64,000 bases of DNA from Eubacteriales bacterium. GTDB taxonomy: Bacteria; Bacillota; Clostridia; Oscillospirales; CAG-272. Made by a program: the position numbers and the translations under genes. A model generated the notes under the pieces. That model saw only the letters and a list, made by a program, of their open reading frames with translations. It searched no databases and had not been told where the DNA came from. The stretch's first letter is position 1. Every line of letters begins with the position of its first letter. This document shows, piece by piece, positions 63,149 through 64,000 of the stretch. The stretch covers positions 360 through 64,359 of the forward strand of contig JBGVRH010000102.1 of assembly GCA_045128275.1 (NCBI GenBank). The letters run 5' to 3'.

Positions 63149-63739
63149 ATGCTCATCAAATACCACCTCTTCCTCGACCGCCGCCAGCTCATAAGCCTCT
63201 TTTTCGCCGTCTTTTCGGGCTGGATGACCGCCGAGCTGATCCGCGACGATGGCAACGCCTGGTGGGTCTTCTGGGGCATCATCACCCTGTTCATGGTCGC
63301 CATGGCGCTTGCCCTCCCCTGTCTCTACCTCATGACCCCCAAGGGGCTTCACATCATCCATACCTTCGGCCTCCTCCGTCGCTTCATCCCCTGGGACAGC
63401 GTGGTGGGCTTGCAGGTCAATTACGACGACGCGGGATACAAGAAGCTCCCCTACCTGTTCGATACCTTCATCATCTACGGCGACGTCTACGGCCCCACCT
63501 TCTTCTTCACCGAGGACGAAATGGTGCGCACCCTCCGCGCCCGCCTTCTGCTGGAGAAGTACACGGGACTGAAGGTGGAGGGCTTCCTCTGGCAGGATAT
63601 CCGCGACGCCCGCAAGGATCGCAAGGAGAAAAAGGAGCGGGATCGCCGCAGACGTCAGCGGCAGGAGCGGGTGGATCGCAACCGCAAGGCCCGCGAGGCC
63701 GAAAAGCAGTCCCGAAAGGCAAAAAACCGAAAGAAATAA
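63149..63739 (+). CDS. Hypothetical membrane protein (196 aa) with a strongly basic K/R/E-rich C-terminal tail
   Basis: RBS gaaaggagg. Two N-terminal TM helices. Tail RKDRKEKKERDRRRRQRQERVDRNRKAREAEKQSRKAKNRKK. Confidence 0.7.
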   Translation: MLIKYHLFLDRRQLISLFFAVFSGWMTAELIRDDGNAWWVFWGIITLFMVAMALALPCLYLMTPKGLHIIHTFGLLRRFIPWDSVVGLQVNYDDAGYKKLPYLFDTFIIYGDVYGPTFFFTEDEMVRTLRARLLLEKYTGLKVEGFLWQDIRDARKDRKEKKERDRRRRQRQERVDRNRKAREAEKQSRKAKNRKK

Positions 63740-63801
63740 CCGTCTTGTCACTCCGGTTGTCCGTGCAAAACTCCCAAATTGTGAATTTTTCGGTTCCCCT
63801 C

Positions 63802-63830
63802 TTGCCAAATCCTCCTTTTTGTGCTATAAT
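63802..63830 (+). promoter_or_regulatory. Promoter of the last (partial) gene
   Basis: TTGCCA, a 17-nt spacer and TATAAT. Confidence 0.5.
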
Positions 63831-63876
63831 GAGCGGTGGAAATGTAAACTCAAAATAAACAAAAGGAGGAAAGGAC

Positions 63877-64000
63877 ATGACTGACACCGCTCTCATCCCC
63901 GCCGTAAAAGCTCCCGAGGAGCAGACCCGCAAGGTCTACATCGTACTGAGCCAGACGGGCACCGTCCTGTCCCGCATCCTCAAGCTCTATACCCGCGCTC
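63877..64000 (+). CDS. 5' end of a CDS continuing beyond the window (MTDTALIPAVKAPEEQTRKVYIVLSQTGTVLSRILKLYTRA...)
   Basis: RBS aaaaggagga lies 7 nt before the ATG at 63877. The frame is open to the window end. Confidence 0.6.
   Translation, partial: MTDTALIPAVKAPEEQTRKVYIVLSQTGTVLSRILKLYTRA

Noticed and set aside
1-64000. Search for transposases, integrases, phage genes or restriction/defence enzymes that could explain the cassettes and repeats
   Set aside because: No ORF in any frame shows DDE, tyrosine- or serine-recombinase, HUH, terminase or capsid motifs that I recognise. The repeat families and cassettes therefore appear non-autonomous within this window.

Overview
This is a GC-rich chromosomal segment with strong GC3 codon bias. 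The gene content suggests an endospore-forming Clostridia genome, possibly Oscillospirales-like. That assignment is inferred from gene content, a SpoVM-like ORF and sigma-A type promoters; no database search was possible.

The backbone is housekeeping. It includes pheA and a DAHP synthase, yloV, pepF, glmM, rpmG-secE-nusG-rplK-rplA, thiamine pyrophosphokinase, tRNA-Ser(GGA), cysS and rimP-nusA-ylxR-ylxQ-infB. A MarR plus heterodimeric ABC exporter operon is also present. So are several sugar and oxidoreductase genes: Gfo/Idh/MocA x2, xylose-isomerase-like TIM barrels x2, GDPD and a GHL6-like hydrolase.

No transposase, integrase, phage gene or CRISPR array was seen. Most long ORFs antisense to these genes in the six-frame track are GC-driven shadow ORFs.

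The unusual content is mostly intergenic or small:
1. An unannotated type I toxin-antitoxin-like module at 32.02-32.38 kb. It has a 32-aa hydrophobic peptide gene with a consensus promoter and an SD-sequestering leader. It is convergent with a promoter- and terminator-defined small RNA that shares its bidirectional terminator.
2. Two secreted CBM9-like proteins that share a non-LPXTG C-terminal sorting-type signal (GCG[AS] - TM - LKKKD). One of them lies next to an ECF-like sigma factor with a long C-terminal extension.
3. Tandem HTH(XRE)-helical repeat-GNAT fusion paralogs with homogenised ends and a diverged middle.
4. Two AT-richer single-gene cassettes, each flanked by long direct repeats that duplicate the end of the neighbouring core gene.
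5. At least four families of nested palindromic intergenic repeats whose stems co-vary between copies.
6. A SecE with a signal-peptide-like, acidic extracytoplasmic N-terminal extension.
7. A 28-aa SpoVM-like ORF.

All family names are assigned from motifs I recognise by eye. Coordinates of starts were chosen from RBS spacing.
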